From contig CAZWLD010000005.1 in NCBI GenBank assembly GCA_964634685.1, forward strand, positions 3,624 through 67,623: DNA of 64,000 nucleotides, read 5' to 3'. Positions 37,069-46,433 of this stretch are shown here, in pieces. The DNA is from an uncultured Anaeroplasmatales bacterium. Its GTDB lineage: Bacteria > Bacillota_I > Bacilli_A > Acholeplasmatales > JAEDCM01. Both the position numbers and the translations under genes were made by a program. Position 1 is the first letter of the stretch, and every line of letters begins with the position of its first letter. The notes below the pieces were generated by a model, which saw only the letters and a list, made by a program, of their open reading frames with translations, ran no database searches and was not told the DNA's origin.

Positions 37069-38622
37069 CTAAATAATCTTTGTTGTATAATCCTCAATAT
37101 TGATAACCTTATCAACTAAGCCGTCATAGAAGCTTGGGTCATGACTAACAAGAATAATTGTTCCCTTGTATTTTTGTAATGCTTCCTTTAGAGCTTCCTT
37201 AGCCAAAATATCAAGATGATTAGTCGGCTCATCTAAAACTAATAAATTCGTTTCTTGCAACATTAATTTACAAAGACGAACCTTGGCATTTTCGCCTCCC
37301 GATAAAACCATCATCAAAGATTCAATGTGATTTTTCGTCAAGCCACAGGATGCTAAAGCTCCTCTTACCTCAGCGTTTGTCATTGATGGATATAAATCCC
37401 AAACCTCATCTAACGCCGTTTTTTTATTATCAATTGATTCTTGCTCAAAATAGCCAATCTCTAGGGTTGGATTAACATCAATTTCGCCACTAAGCAAAGG
37501 AATAATTCCAAGCATTGATTTTAAAAGTGTTGATTTTCCAATACCATTAACACCTCTTATTGCCACCTTTTCATTGCGGAAAAAGGTCATATTTAAAGGC
37601 TTTGACAAAGGCTCAGTATAGCCAATCACCGCATCATGTAATTCAAATAAAACCCGGCCTGGTGTCCTGGCCTCCTTGAAGGTAAAGGTTGGCTTGACTT
37701 TTTCCTTTATTGGTTCAATGATTTCCATTTTATCGAGCTTTTTTTGACGGCTATTAGCCATATTTCTCGTCGCAACGCGCGCTTTATTGCGGGCAATAAA
37801 ATCCTCAAGGTCTCTAATTTCTCTTTGTTGAGCCTCATATAAAGCATTTTGTTGTTGCTTTTTCGTTTCATACATCTTTAAAAAGTTTTCATAATTTCCG
37901 CTATATCTAGTTAAAATACCTCTTTCAACATGATAAATAACATTGGTAACCTCATTTAAAAATTCCATTTCATGTGAGACTAAAATAAAGGCATTTTCAT
38001 AATTTAACAAATAATTCCTTAGCCAATTAATCTGTTCAACATCCAAGAAATTGGTCGGCTCATCTAAAATCAATATTTGCGGATTTTCTAACAAAAGCTT
38101 TGTCAACAAAACCTTGGATCTTTGTCCGCCCGATAACATCGTTACATCCTTATCTAAACCAATTTCGGTTAAGCCTAACCCTCTTGCGACTTCCTCAATT
38201 TTCGCATCTAATGAATAAAAGCCACTTGATTCTAAAATCGATTGCATTTCGCCAATATCCTCTAATAATAAATTCATTTCATCGTCGCTAGCATCGCTCA
38301 TTTTCATATAAGCCTCACCGATTTCCTCCTCAAGCTTATACATTTCCTTAAAGGCATCCCGTAAAACCTCACGAATTGTCTTTCCCGGTGTTAAGGTTGT
38401 ATATTGATCTAAATAGCCAACATGAAGATGCTTAGCCCATTCAATTTTTCCTTCATCAGGAGTAATATTGCCTAATAAAATATTGATAAATGTCGATTTT
38501 CCTTCGCCATTAGCGCCAATTAATCCGATATGCTCTCCTTTTAGTAAACGGAAATTAGCATTATCTAAAATGATTCTTTCACCAAAGCCATGGGTCACAT
38601 TTTTAGCCGTTAATAAACTCAT
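37069..38622 (-). CDS. ABC-F family ATPase (two NBDs, no TMD; translation-factor type)
   Basis: Two Walker A motifs (GANGEGKST, GVNGIGKST), two LSGG signatures and a short inter-domain linker. 517 aa. Confidence 0.85.
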   Translation of the reverse strand: MSLLTAKNVTHGFGERIILDNANFRLLKGEHIGLIGANGEGKSTFINILLGNITPDEGKIEWAKHLHVGYLDQYTTLTPGKTIREVLRDAFKEMYKLEEEIGEAYMKMSDASDDEMNLLLEDIGEMQSILESSGFYSLDAKIEEVARGLGLTEIGLDKDVTMLSGGQRSKVLLTKLLLENPQILILDEPTNFLDVEQINWLRNYLLNYENAFILVSHEMEFLNEVTNVIYHVERGILTRYSGNYENFLKMYETKKQQQNALYEAQQREIRDLEDFIARNKARVATRNMANSRQKKLDKMEIIEPIKEKVKPTFTFKEARTPGRVLFELHDAVIGYTEPLSKPLNMTFFRNEKVAIRGVNGIGKSTLLKSMLGIIPLLSGEIDVNPTLEIGYFEQESIDNKKTALDEVWDLYPSMTNAEVRGALASCGLTKNHIESLMMVLSGGENAKVRLCKLMLQETNLLVLDEPTNHLDILAKEALKEALQKYKGTIILVSHDPSFYDGLVDKVINIEDYTTKII

Positions 38623-38672
38623 ATCATCTACCTCACAGTCTTTGTTAGTATATCATATAAATATTTAATTAT

Positions 38673-39242
38673 CTAGATAAAATCATTTTCATATTTAATT
38701 TGGTCCAAAATTCTTTTTATGGTTTTACTTACATAGCTTTGACTTTTATTTAATAAAAAACCAATATCTAATTCCGTAAGATTATATTTAAACCGTAAAA
38801 TCATGATGTTTTTTTCATAATCCTTTAAACCAATAATCAAATCATCAAAGAAAAATCTTTCGCCAGTAAACCTTGCTTCATCAAAATTCGCAATAAACCG
38901 ATAGGTCATTGCGCTTATTACCTCTTCCTTCGTACAATTCAAATCGCGCATAACCTCTTCAATTCGAAAGCCATCTAATTTGTTGATGTGGCTAATCACC
39001 CTAATAACATTTTTAGGTAACCTCATCAGATTATAATCTCTGATTTCTTTTTTAATTGAACCAATAATATGCTTAGCCGCAAAGGTTGAAAATTGATAGC
39101 CTAATTTTGAATCAAAAGCCTTAACAGCCGCATATAATCCCATCAAGCCAGCTTGATATAAATCATCGTCCGGCAATTGTCCCTTGAAGCGATGGGCTAT
39201 ATGCCTAACTAAAGGGATATTTTCATAAAAGCTATTGTCCAA
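38673..39242 (-). CDS. sigF: sporulation sigma factor (SigF-like), short form
   Basis: Sigma-70 region 2 (DDLYQAGLMGLYAAVKAFD, FSTFAAKHIIGSI) and a region 4 HTH, in spoIIAA-spoIIAB-sigF order. The TTG at 39242 lies 6 nt after AGAGG and overlaps the spoIIAB stop. An ATG at 39314 is the alternative start. Confidence 0.7.
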   Translation of the reverse strand: MDNSFYENIPLVRHIAHRFKGQLPDDDLYQAGLMGLYAAVKAFDSKLGYQFSTFAAKHIIGSIKKEIRDYNLMRLPKNVIRVISHINKLDGFRIEEVMRDLNCTKEEVISAMTYRFIANFDEARFTGERFFFDDLIIGLKDYEKNIMILRFKYNLTELDIGFLLNKSQSYVSKTIKRILDQIKYENDFI

Positions 39243-39660
39243 GCTTATCCTCTCTTTTCTTGACGATATAAAGACTTGTCCCGACACCGACTTCACTTTC
39301 GACGCTAAACTCATCACTAAATACCTCCATAATCGTAAAGCCAAGGCCACTTCTTTCACCTTCGATTGTCGTATATAACGGCTTTCTTGCCTCTTCCACA
39401 TCACTAATGCCAATTCCTGAATCGATGATTGAAATATAAATATATTCATCATCGTAGGTCATCTCAAGCTTAACCTCATGACTATCATCTCTTTGATATC
39501 CATGAATAATTGCATTAGTTATCCCTTCACTAACAATTGTCTTGACCTCATTTAAGAAAGACAGCTTGACGTCAAGTGGTAGTAAAAAGGCTTGAGCAAC
39601 GTTCCGTGCAAAGCTAATATTTTCAATTTTTGATTTAAAAGATAAATTCATTTTATTCAT
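39232..39660 (-). CDS. spoIIAB: anti-sigma F factor (serine kinase) SpoIIAB
   Basis: Collinear with Bacillus SpoIIAB: FARN, VSEGITNAIIHGY, DSGIGI, EEARKPLYTT and RSGLGFTIME. Confidence 0.85.
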   Translation of the reverse strand: MNKMNLSFKSKIENISFARNVAQAFLLPLDVKLSFLNEVKTIVSEGITNAIIHGYQRDDSHEVKLEMTYDDEYIYISIIDSGIGISDVEEARKPLYTTIEGERSGLGFTIMEVFSDEFSVESEVGVGTSLYIVKKREDKLGQ

Positions 39661-40010
39661 TATGCCACCCCTAAATAAAATTTTGAAAGCTCCTCAGTGT
39701 CTTTAATTTTACAAATTCTTTCTAAGCCTGATAGCTTGACGATTTTTTGAATATATTCGTTTAATTCACACAAAATGATTTCTCCATCAAAATGCTTGAT
39801 TTGGTTATATCTACCAATGATAACTCCAATTCCCGATGAATCCATAAAGGAAAGCTCCCGCATATTAAAAATAATATTGTGAACGCTATATTTTATGATT
39901 AATTCCGAAAGCTTGAGCCTTAAATCATCTGCCGTCAATTGGTCCATTTCGCCATCAAGTCGAACGACGAGCGTTGATCTAATGATATATAGATTAATCT
40001 TCAAAGCCAT
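39660..40010 (-). CDS. spoIIAA: anti-sigma F factor antagonist SpoIIAA (STAS)
   Basis: 116-aa STAS domain with the phosphorylatable-Ser motif FMDSSGIGVIIGRY. Confidence 0.85.
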   Translation of the reverse strand: MALKINLYIIRSTLVVRLDGEMDQLTADDLRLKLSELIIKYSVHNIIFNMRELSFMDSSGIGVIIGRYNQIKHFDGEIILCELNEYIQKIVKLSGLERICKIKDTEELSKFYLGVA

Positions 40011-40067
40011 CCTAAATCCCCCTTTTAGTGAGGCTATTATATCATAATTAAAGACCCTTTATTCTCA

Positions 40068-40097
40068 TTCGACATTATTAGAATTAGAATTGTCGAG
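40068..40097. promoter_or_regulatory. two Spo0A-box-like heptamers upstream of spoIIAA
   Basis: TTCGACA at 40068-40074 (TGTCGAA on the minus strand, a perfect 0A box) and TGTCGAG at 40091-40097, in inverted orientation, 58-87 nt upstream of the start. Confidence 0.35.
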
Positions 40098-40179
40098 TGA
40101 TTTTTCAAAGATAGAGATCTTAAAAATAAAAAAAAGAAACCAATTTAGGCCAATTTGTCTATTTTGGTTTCCTTTTAGT

Positions 40180-41127
40180 TTATTTATTTTCCTTTTTCGG
40201 AACATCAGTTGCGACTTCCTTTAAGGAAGTTACTAATCCTGCCATATTTTGAATTTCGGATGGAATGATAATTTTTGTGGCTTGACCGTCCGCAACATGA
40301 GCCAATGTCTCTAAGGATTTTAAAGTTAATACTGATTGATCAGCTCCGGCTTCACGTAATAATTTGATTCCTTCAGCTTCAGCTTGCTTAACCTTAAGAA
40401 TAGCCTCGGCTTCACCCTCAGCTCTTGTAATCATCGCTTCTCTTGCGGCCTCAGCCTTAAGAATTGCGGATTGCTTTTCTCCCTCAGCTGTTAAAATGGC
40501 ACTAGCCTTTTGTCCTTCTGCTAAAAGGATTTTTTCACGGCGCTCACGCTCAGCTCGCATTTGTCTTTCCATTGATTCACGAATGTCCTTTGGTGGAAGA
40601 ATGTTCTTTAATTCCACACGATTTACTTTAATTCCCCATGGGTCAGTAGCTTCATCAAGAATACTTCTCATTCTCGTATTGATTAAATCACGGCTCGTTA
40701 GAGTTTCATCTAAATCAAGCTCACCAATAATATTACGAAGAGTGGTTGCGCTTAGGTTTTCTAAGGCACTAACTGGGTTCTCAACACCGTAAGTAAATAA
40801 TTTAGGGTCAGTAACCTGGAAGAAAACAACCGTATCAATTTGCATTGTAACATTATCCTTTGTGATTACTGGTTGCGGTTCAAAATCCTTAACCTGTTCC
40901 TTTAGTGATACTACATTGGCAACATGATCAAAGAATGGCACAAGCATATGGAAACCACTGCTCCAGGTATCATGATATTTACCAACGCGCTCAACAACAA
41001 ATTTTTGAGTTTGTCGAACTAATTTTAAATTAGTTGCGACGATTAAAATTCCTAAAATAATTACGATAACAACCGCGATGATCGCAATTATTCCTCCTTG
41101 TGATAATCCACTTAATAACATATTCAA
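40180..41127 (-). CDS. SPFH/Band-7 (stomatin/flotillin-like) membrane protein
   Basis: N-terminal TM, an SPFH core (VVERVGKY, TKDNV, LRNIIG) and an Ala/Glu-rich C-terminal repeat region. Confidence 0.85.
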   Translation of the reverse strand: MNMLLSGLSQGGIIAIIAVVIVIILGILIVATNLKLVRQTQKFVVERVGKYHDTWSSGFHMLVPFFDHVANVVSLKEQVKDFEPQPVITKDNVTMQIDTVVFFQVTDPKLFTYGVENPVSALENLSATTLRNIIGELDLDETLTSRDLINTRMRSILDEATDPWGIKVNRVELKNILPPKDIRESMERQMRAERERREKILLAEGQKASAILTAEGEKQSAILKAEAAREAMITRAEGEAEAILKVKQAEAEGIKLLREAGADQSVLTLKSLETLAHVADGQATKIIIPSEIQNMAGLVTSLKEVATDVPKKENK

Positions 41128-41147
41128 TTTCTCCTTTTATTTTTTAG

Positions 41148-41447
41148 TCAAGAATTATTTCTTGTAACTAATAGTTTATTTCCCTCAATAGATAAAACGA
41201 TTGCTTCATCCCCGGGGTTCAATTCTTCATCACTTTTGGCGCGATATCTAATATTATTGACAATAATTTCACCAATATTGACGTCGCTTATTTGGGATAT
41301 GACCTTCCCAACTTGACCAACAACCTCTTCGATGTTGGTTTTGACATCACCATCATCAAGATGATGCTTAAATACTGTCTTAAAAATCTTTATACCGATA
41401 ATAAGGATTATTAATCCTAAAACAATTCCGGCAATAACTAATTCCAT
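41148..41447 (-). CDS. small NfeD-like protein (1 TM + OB-fold)
   Basis: 99 aa with a TM helix, then GQVGKV..GEIIVNNIRYRAKS...GDEAIVLSIEGNKLLV, typical of an NfeD C-terminal OB domain. Confidence 0.6.
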   Translation of the reverse strand: MELVIAGIVLGLIILIIGIKIFKTVFKHHLDDGDVKTNIEEVVGQVGKVISQISDVNIGEIIVNNIRYRAKSDEELNPGDEAIVLSIEGNKLLVTRNNS

Positions 41448-41448
41448 T

Positions 41449-41892
41449 TTATTTGATAGCCTTAACGATTAATTTATTTCCTTCAATTGCGAGAATTTCA
41501 ACCTTTTCATCGCTTAGAACATCATCATTAGATATAGCTGTCCAAATAACCCCATCAACCTTTACAGTTCCTCTTTCGCCAGATTCAATCGCATCAACGA
41601 CAACACCGTGTTTCCCAACAATGGTATCAATATTGGTTTTAACATCAATTCGTTTTAAATATTTTTTTGTTACCGGGCGTAAGGACAAAATTAATATTGC
41701 CGATACAATAACAAAAACTAATACCTGAGCAACCCAATTAATCTCAAGCTTAGTTGTAGAATCAATAATCGCCAAAATCATTGAAACTAAAGCTCCGGCA
41801 CTAAACCAAATACTAATCAAATCGTAGGATGTAGCCTCTAAAACAATTGTTAAAATGATTATTCCTAACCAAAGAAAAATCAACCATTCCAT
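41449..41892 (-). CDS. NfeD-family membrane protein
   Basis: 147 aa with three TM helices plus the OB domain GKHGVVVDAI..GTVKVDGVIWTAIS...VEILAIEGNKLIV. Upstream of the SPFH gene, as is usual. Confidence 0.7.
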   Translation of the reverse strand: MEWLIFLWLGIIILTIVLEATSYDLISIWFSAGALVSMILAIIDSTTKLEINWVAQVLVFVIVSAILILSLRPVTKKYLKRIDVKTNIDTIVGKHGVVVDAIESGERGTVKVDGVIWTAISNDDVLSDEKVEILAIEGNKLIVKAIK

Positions 41893-41893
41893 A

Positions 41894-42274
41894 TTATTCT
41901 CCCTCCTTTATATTTGATAAATCAATAATCAAAACCTTTTCATCAAAGTCCCAGCTTGTGACACATTTAACCGGATTTTTTAAATTTCTATTCATTATTG
42001 AGGATAATTCCTGCATAAAATCCTTATTACTGATTCTTCCATAGCTTGAACGAATTGTAATTTTATATTTTGATTTTTCAGGAATATCTCCTCTTTGGTC
42101 TTGGTCCTTCGATAAAGGCTTGATATAAACCAATTTTTTATCATAATCAATGCCTAGCATAACACTAAAGGCGTCCTCAAGATTTTCAATTGCCACCTTA
42201 TTTAAGGTAATATTTCCTTCATACAAAGTCGCAATACCATCTTTTGGTCTTTCATTAAACCAAACAATACCCAT
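41894..42274 (-). CDS. hypothetical protein (first gene of the NfeD/SPFH cluster)
   Basis: About 126 aa from the ATG at 42274 (GAAAGGTGG upstream). No recognisable motif. Confidence 0.45.
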   Translation of the reverse strand: MGIVWFNERPKDGIATLYEGNITLNKVAIENLEDAFSVMLGIDYDKKLVYIKPLSKDQDQRGDIPEKSKYKITIRSSYGRISNKDFMQELSSIMNRNLKNPVKCVTSWDFDEKVLIIDLSNIKEGE

Positions 42275-42346
42275 AAAATTACCACCTTTCATATTAATTA
42301 TACGCGAAAATTAAATGAAATGCAAGAAAATTATTAAAAATTATTT

Positions 42347-43477
42347 TTAATTATTAAAGTATGTTTTTTCATTATTAAACATTTTTGTTTGGATTCCTTG
42401 GAGAACTAAAACAAAGATAATTGTCATCACAACTGTTATAATCAAGGATATATAGTCAAAGCTACCAGAAAGGGCCTTAAATATTAACAAAATATTATTA
42501 ACTAATGGAAGATAATAAAGAACAATGCTTCCTTCAAGCTTAATATTAACTAAAAGTAAAATTGATACTACTGTGCAAAACAAATAAATCGGTGATATAT
42601 ATGAATTGGCCTCCTTAACTGTTTTGGCAAGAGTTGACAATAAGGAAATAACGGCAGATGTTGAAATTACAAATAAAAGTAACGCAACTGAAAGCATAAG
42701 GATTTCTTCGATTGTTAAGGCAAGGCTAGCCCCAAACATTTGACTATTAATTGGTAGGGTTAATAATAAACCTAAGAGTGATGATAAGGCACTTATGACC
42801 GTAATGACCCCAATTCCTAAGGTTTTTCCCATAACAATATTGTGTCTCTTCGCCGGTGCCATTAACATCGTAGCTAATGTTTGTCTTTCCTTTTCCCCGG
42901 CAATACTATCGGCTCCGATGGCGGTTGCGCCCGAGAAGACAAAGGAAACTAAAAGCATCGTAATCAAACCAGCAGCCATCACCTGCTGGGAATTATTGTC
43001 ACTGACGATTGATTCTCCTTCATTGGCAATCAAATATTTGCTTGTTTCTGAATTATAATTATTACAATATTTACTAATAAGACTATAGGCTTTATTATAG
43101 GCATAAACACTAACTTCATTACTTGCGTCATACAAAAAGCTAAATTCCTTGTTGCTATAGGTTATTTTCAAGGCTGCGGTACCACCCTTAACACTTGTTG
43201 GACGTTGATTATCCTCTGTAAAGCCTGCTTCTTCGGCACATAGCTGCCAACCCTCGGGAAAGAAATCCTCCCCTAGGTCGATTGCTCCAGGTGCCATAAC
43301 ATTTATTCCCTTCGTTTGGACAATAATATTGTTATCGTCGATGTTTACTGTTGTAAATAATCCTAAAATACCATAAATAATAAATATGGATATACACGGA
43401 ACAATAAACAAGGAAACAATCAATCTTCGATCCGTAAAAACACGATGAAGTTCTTTTTTTAAGATATGGAGTATCAT
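42347..43477 (-). CDS. ABC-2 type transporter permease (NatB-like)
   Basis: N-terminal TM, a large extracytoplasmic loop, then 5 TM helices. The ATG at 43477 follows AAGGAGG, one base after the ATPase stop. Confidence 0.7.
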   Translation of the reverse strand: MILHILKKELHRVFTDRRLIVSLFIVPCISIFIIYGILGLFTTVNIDDNNIIVQTKGINVMAPGAIDLGEDFFPEGWQLCAEEAGFTEDNQRPTSVKGGTAALKITYSNKEFSFLYDASNEVSVYAYNKAYSLISKYCNNYNSETSKYLIANEGESIVSDNNSQQVMAAGLITMLLVSFVFSGATAIGADSIAGEKERQTLATMLMAPAKRHNIVMGKTLGIGVITVISALSSLLGLLLTLPINSQMFGASLALTIEEILMLSVALLLFVISTSAVISLLSTLAKTVKEANSYISPIYLFCTVVSILLLVNIKLEGSIVLYYLPLVNNILLIFKALSGSFDYISLIITVVMTIIFVLVLQGIQTKMFNNEKTYFNN

Positions 43478-43478
43478 A

Positions 43479-44225
43479 CTAAACCTCCTTGATGGCCGCA
43501 AAGAAGCCATCCTCTAAATTCGAAACCGAATATTTTTCGTAAAGCTCTTCCTTAGTTCCACTAAAGACAATTTTTCCTTTATTGATAATAATCAAGGAAT
43601 CAGCTAATTTGTTGACAATATCTAAAATATGCGTTGATAAAACAATTGTTTTTCCTTGTTCCTTCAATTTTAATAAATATTCTTCGATTTCCTTTGATAA
43701 AACGACATCTAATCCGTTGGTTGGCTCATCATAAATCAAAATATCCGGGTCATTAACTAAGGAAATAACGATTTGAAGCTTTTGTTTCATTCCCGTTGAC
43801 AAATTGGCAATCTTAGTATTTTTAAATTCGGTAATACCAAAAAGCTCAAATAGCTCCTCCTTTAGAGGATTGTTTTTGATTCCGTATAGGCCTGAAAAAT
43901 AATCAAAAAGATAATCAGGGGTAAAATTACGATCAAGGTTTAAATCGCTTGTTAGAAAGGCGATATGCGATCTAATCTCATTTTCATCATAAGAATCATT
44001 AATCATAATCGTTCCACTATCAGGCTTCATCAAGGTTGAAAGGCAGCGAAGAGTCGTTGTTTTTCCCGCTCCGTTCGGACCTAATATTGCAAAAATTGTT
44101 CCTTTTTCGACTTCAAAGCTAATATCATCGACAGCCATTAGGCGATCCTTACCTAATTGTTGTTTCTGCTTTTTATTAAGTTCGAAGCTCTTTTTTAAAT
44201 TTTTGACTTCAATAATCTTTTCCAT
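43479..44225 (-). CDS. ABC transporter ATP-binding protein (NatA-like)
   Basis: Walker A GPNGAGKTT, signature LSTGMKQK and Walker B LIYDEP. Confidence 0.85.
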   Translation of the reverse strand: MEKIIEVKNLKKSFELNKKQKQQLGKDRLMAVDDISFEVEKGTIFAILGPNGAGKTTTLRCLSTLMKPDSGTIMINDSYDENEIRSHIAFLTSDLNLDRNFTPDYLFDYFSGLYGIKNNPLKEELFELFGITEFKNTKIANLSTGMKQKLQIVISLVNDPDILIYDEPTNGLDVVLSKEIEEYLLKLKEQGKTIVLSTHILDIVNKLADSLIIINKGKIVFSGTKEELYEKYSVSNLEDGFFAAIKEV

Positions 44226-44502
44226 AAAATCATCCTTTACTCCATTTTATCACAAACAAAGGCGAATTTACCAATAACTTAAAAAAAGCGACACAACATA
44301 TGCCGCTTAGGAAAACATTTTGTCTAGCACTCAATTCTTTTATTATAGAAATATTGCCATATAAAATGGTAAATGAAGTGTGTGCGGCTTTGGTTTCATC
44401 AACTAATTTACTATATATCTTTCTTCTTTTGATGATCTGATCCTCGCTATTCATTATTACTAATATGATCTAATTTTACTATGCTTTTTTTACTATACTT
44501 TT

Positions 44503-44650
44503 CACGAAAAGACAAACATTAATTGTGAATATTTTCACGAAAAGACAAACATTGATTATTAAAATATGCACGAAAAGACAAACATTAATTGTGAATATTT
44601 TCACGAAAAGACAAACATTGATTATATCAATATGCACGAAAAGACATATT
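44503..44650. repeat. five direct repeats with exact 33-bp period (a 66-bp unit x2 plus a partial copy), carrying two Rex-like palindromes
   Basis: The core CACGAAAAGACA starts at 44503, 44536, 44569, 44602 and 44635. Copies 1 and 3 are identical and copies 2 and 4 nearly so. TTGTGAATATTTTCACGA occurs at 44523-44540 and 44589-44606. Confidence 0.85.
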
Positions 44651-45787
44651 TTAAAAAAATTCTCTTAGGATATTCTTAAATATTTGAAATACATTGGCTT
44701 CCTTTATTTCCCTATCTAAAACTAAAGGGATTTCTTGATAGCTAAAGCCCTTATATAAGACCTCCATTTTTCCAACAGATAGCTCTTTATGATTTCTATA
44801 ATCATATATGATTTGGTAAGAAATATCATTTTCATTGATTTTTTCATTATTAACTATTCGCAATCCTTTATTTGTAATAACCTTGAACTTATTTGGGTAA
44901 TAATATAAATCATTGACCTCTTCAATTACCTTTTCATCAAAAATCGTATAGGCTTTATAAGAATTAAAGCCATAGCTTAATAATTCATAACATTCTTGGT
45001 TTCGTGTTTTGACATCTTGATAGCCCATTACAACCGCAATTAAGCGCATCCCATCACTTTTTTTCGTCAAGGTAATACAGTACCCCGCTTCTTCCGTCCA
45101 TCCGGTTTTCAAGCCATCAACAAGTGGATCTTGCTTAATTACTTTATTAGTATTAACCAACCAAAAGGGTGATTCTGATTCTTCTCTAACATAATCGGAA
45201 TAAATGCTTGTAAATCTTGTAATATCAGCCTCATGATTTAATAAAAGATTTCTTGCCATTACGGCCATATCATAGCTTGATGAATAATGGTTTTCCTCGG
45301 GCAAGCCAGTCGGATTTTGAAAATTCGTATTTTTCAAGCCTAAGTCGTGCGCATATTTATTCATTCGCAAAACAAATTGCTCCATCGTACCACATATTCT
45401 TTCACCTAACGCATAGGCACAATCATTAGCTGATGCAATTGCGACGGATTTAAACATATCATGAACCGTCATTTTTTCATTTTCCTTCAAATAAATTTGT
45501 GATCCACCCATACTAGTAGCCTCTTTTGACGCTGTGACCATATCATTCCAATTTAAATTTCCACTTTTAATTTCATCTAAGACAATCGTCATCGTCATAA
45601 TTTTGGTCATCGATGCCGGAGCCAATTCCACATTCGCATTATTTTGGTATAAAACCTTACCACTTTCCATTTCCATTAAACATGAGCTTTTGGCATTTTT
45701 CGCAAGCTCAAAGCCTTTAACAGGTTTAATTAAAAAAAAGGGAATTATTAACACTAGCAAAATTACTTTTTTTTTGATTTTAATCAA
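44651..45787 (-). CDS. D-alanyl-D-alanine carboxypeptidase (PBP5/DacA/DacF type)
   Basis: Signal peptide, SxxK (ASMTKIMT), SxN (ASAND) and KTG (LKTGWT), followed by a C-terminal PBP5 domain. Confidence 0.85.
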   Translation of the reverse strand: MIKIKKKVILLVLIIPFFLIKPVKGFELAKNAKSSCLMEMESGKVLYQNNANVELAPASMTKIMTMTIVLDEIKSGNLNWNDMVTASKEATSMGGSQIYLKENEKMTVHDMFKSVAIASANDCAYALGERICGTMEQFVLRMNKYAHDLGLKNTNFQNPTGLPEENHYSSSYDMAVMARNLLLNHEADITRFTSIYSDYVREESESPFWLVNTNKVIKQDPLVDGLKTGWTEEAGYCITLTKKSDGMRLIAVVMGYQDVKTRNQECYELLSYGFNSYKAYTIFDEKVIEEVNDLYYYPNKFKVITNKGLRIVNNEKINENDISYQIIYDYRNHKELSVGKMEVLYKGFSYQEIPLVLDREIKEANVFQIFKNILREFF

Positions 45788-46433
45788 TCCTCCTTAATTC
45801 ATCCAAAAAAACGGTTTTTTGATTCGTTTTTTCATCTCTTTTTTTAATCAATTTCGCTGGATTTCCTGCATAAACCATTCCTTCTATCGTATCATTTATG
45901 ACAACACTGCCCGCCCCCACAACCGTTCCTTTTTTGACTGTTACTCCTTCAATAATAACAGCACCTGCCCCAATCAAGCAATCATCCTCAATTACAACCT
46001 CTTTGCTTGATAAGGGCTCGAGTACACCTGCTATCACCGCATTGGCCCCAATATGACAATTATTACCAATTTTGGCTCGTGAGCCAATAACTGCGCCCAT
46101 ATCAATCAATGTCTTTTTGCCAATCTCGGCCCCAATATTAATTATCGCTCCCATCATTATGATGGCATCTTCGCCAATTTTTACATTTGACCTAATAATC
46201 GCTCCTGGTTCTATTCGCGCATTGATATCCGTAATATCAAGCAAATCAAAGGCTTGCCTTTTACTTATTGGCCAAAAATGATAATCCTTTAGCTTTGCCT
46301 CTTCTAATTCCTCCATTTCAATTAGGGCAAAATTTTGGTAGGTTTTTTTAAACCGATAATCATCATTATAAAAAATATATCCCCAGGATTTGCCTTTGGC
46401 CTTTTTGATTTGCTTTAATAAATCATCCATCAA
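45780..46433 (-). CDS. dapH: tetrahydrodipicolinate N-acetyltransferase
   Basis: Hexapeptide-repeat region [34 protein letters not shown]...[24 protein letters not shown] is collinear with DapH. Confidence 0.85.
   Translation of the reverse strand: MMDDLLKQIKKAKGKSWGYIFYNDDYRFKKTYQNFALIEMEELEEAKLKDYHFWPISKRQAFDLLDITDINARIEPGAIIRSNVKIGEDAIIMMGAIINIGAEIGKKTLIDMGAVIGSRAKIGNNCHIGANAVIAGVLEPLSSKEVVIEDDCLIGAGAVIIEGVTVKKGTVVGAGSVVINDTIEGMVYAGNPAKLIKKRDEKTNQKTVFLDELRRID

Noticed and set aside
39243-39452. N-terminal 70 codons of the 259-aa sigF track ORF
   Set aside because: They overlap spoIIAB out of frame over 221 nt and have no sigma-factor similarity. An RBS-preceded TTG at 39242 gives a sensible start.
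44230-44454. 74-aa minus-strand ORF upstream of the ABC transporter ATPase
   Set aside because: It has no RBS before its ATG and no recognisable motif. It sits where the operon 5' leader is expected and is probably non-coding.
44503-44650. 33-bp-period repeats as a mini CRISPR array
   Set aside because: The conserved core is only about 18 bp and the intervening segments about 15 bp. The intervening segments alternate between two nearly identical sequences, giving a 66-bp tandem duplication, and no cas genes are in the window.
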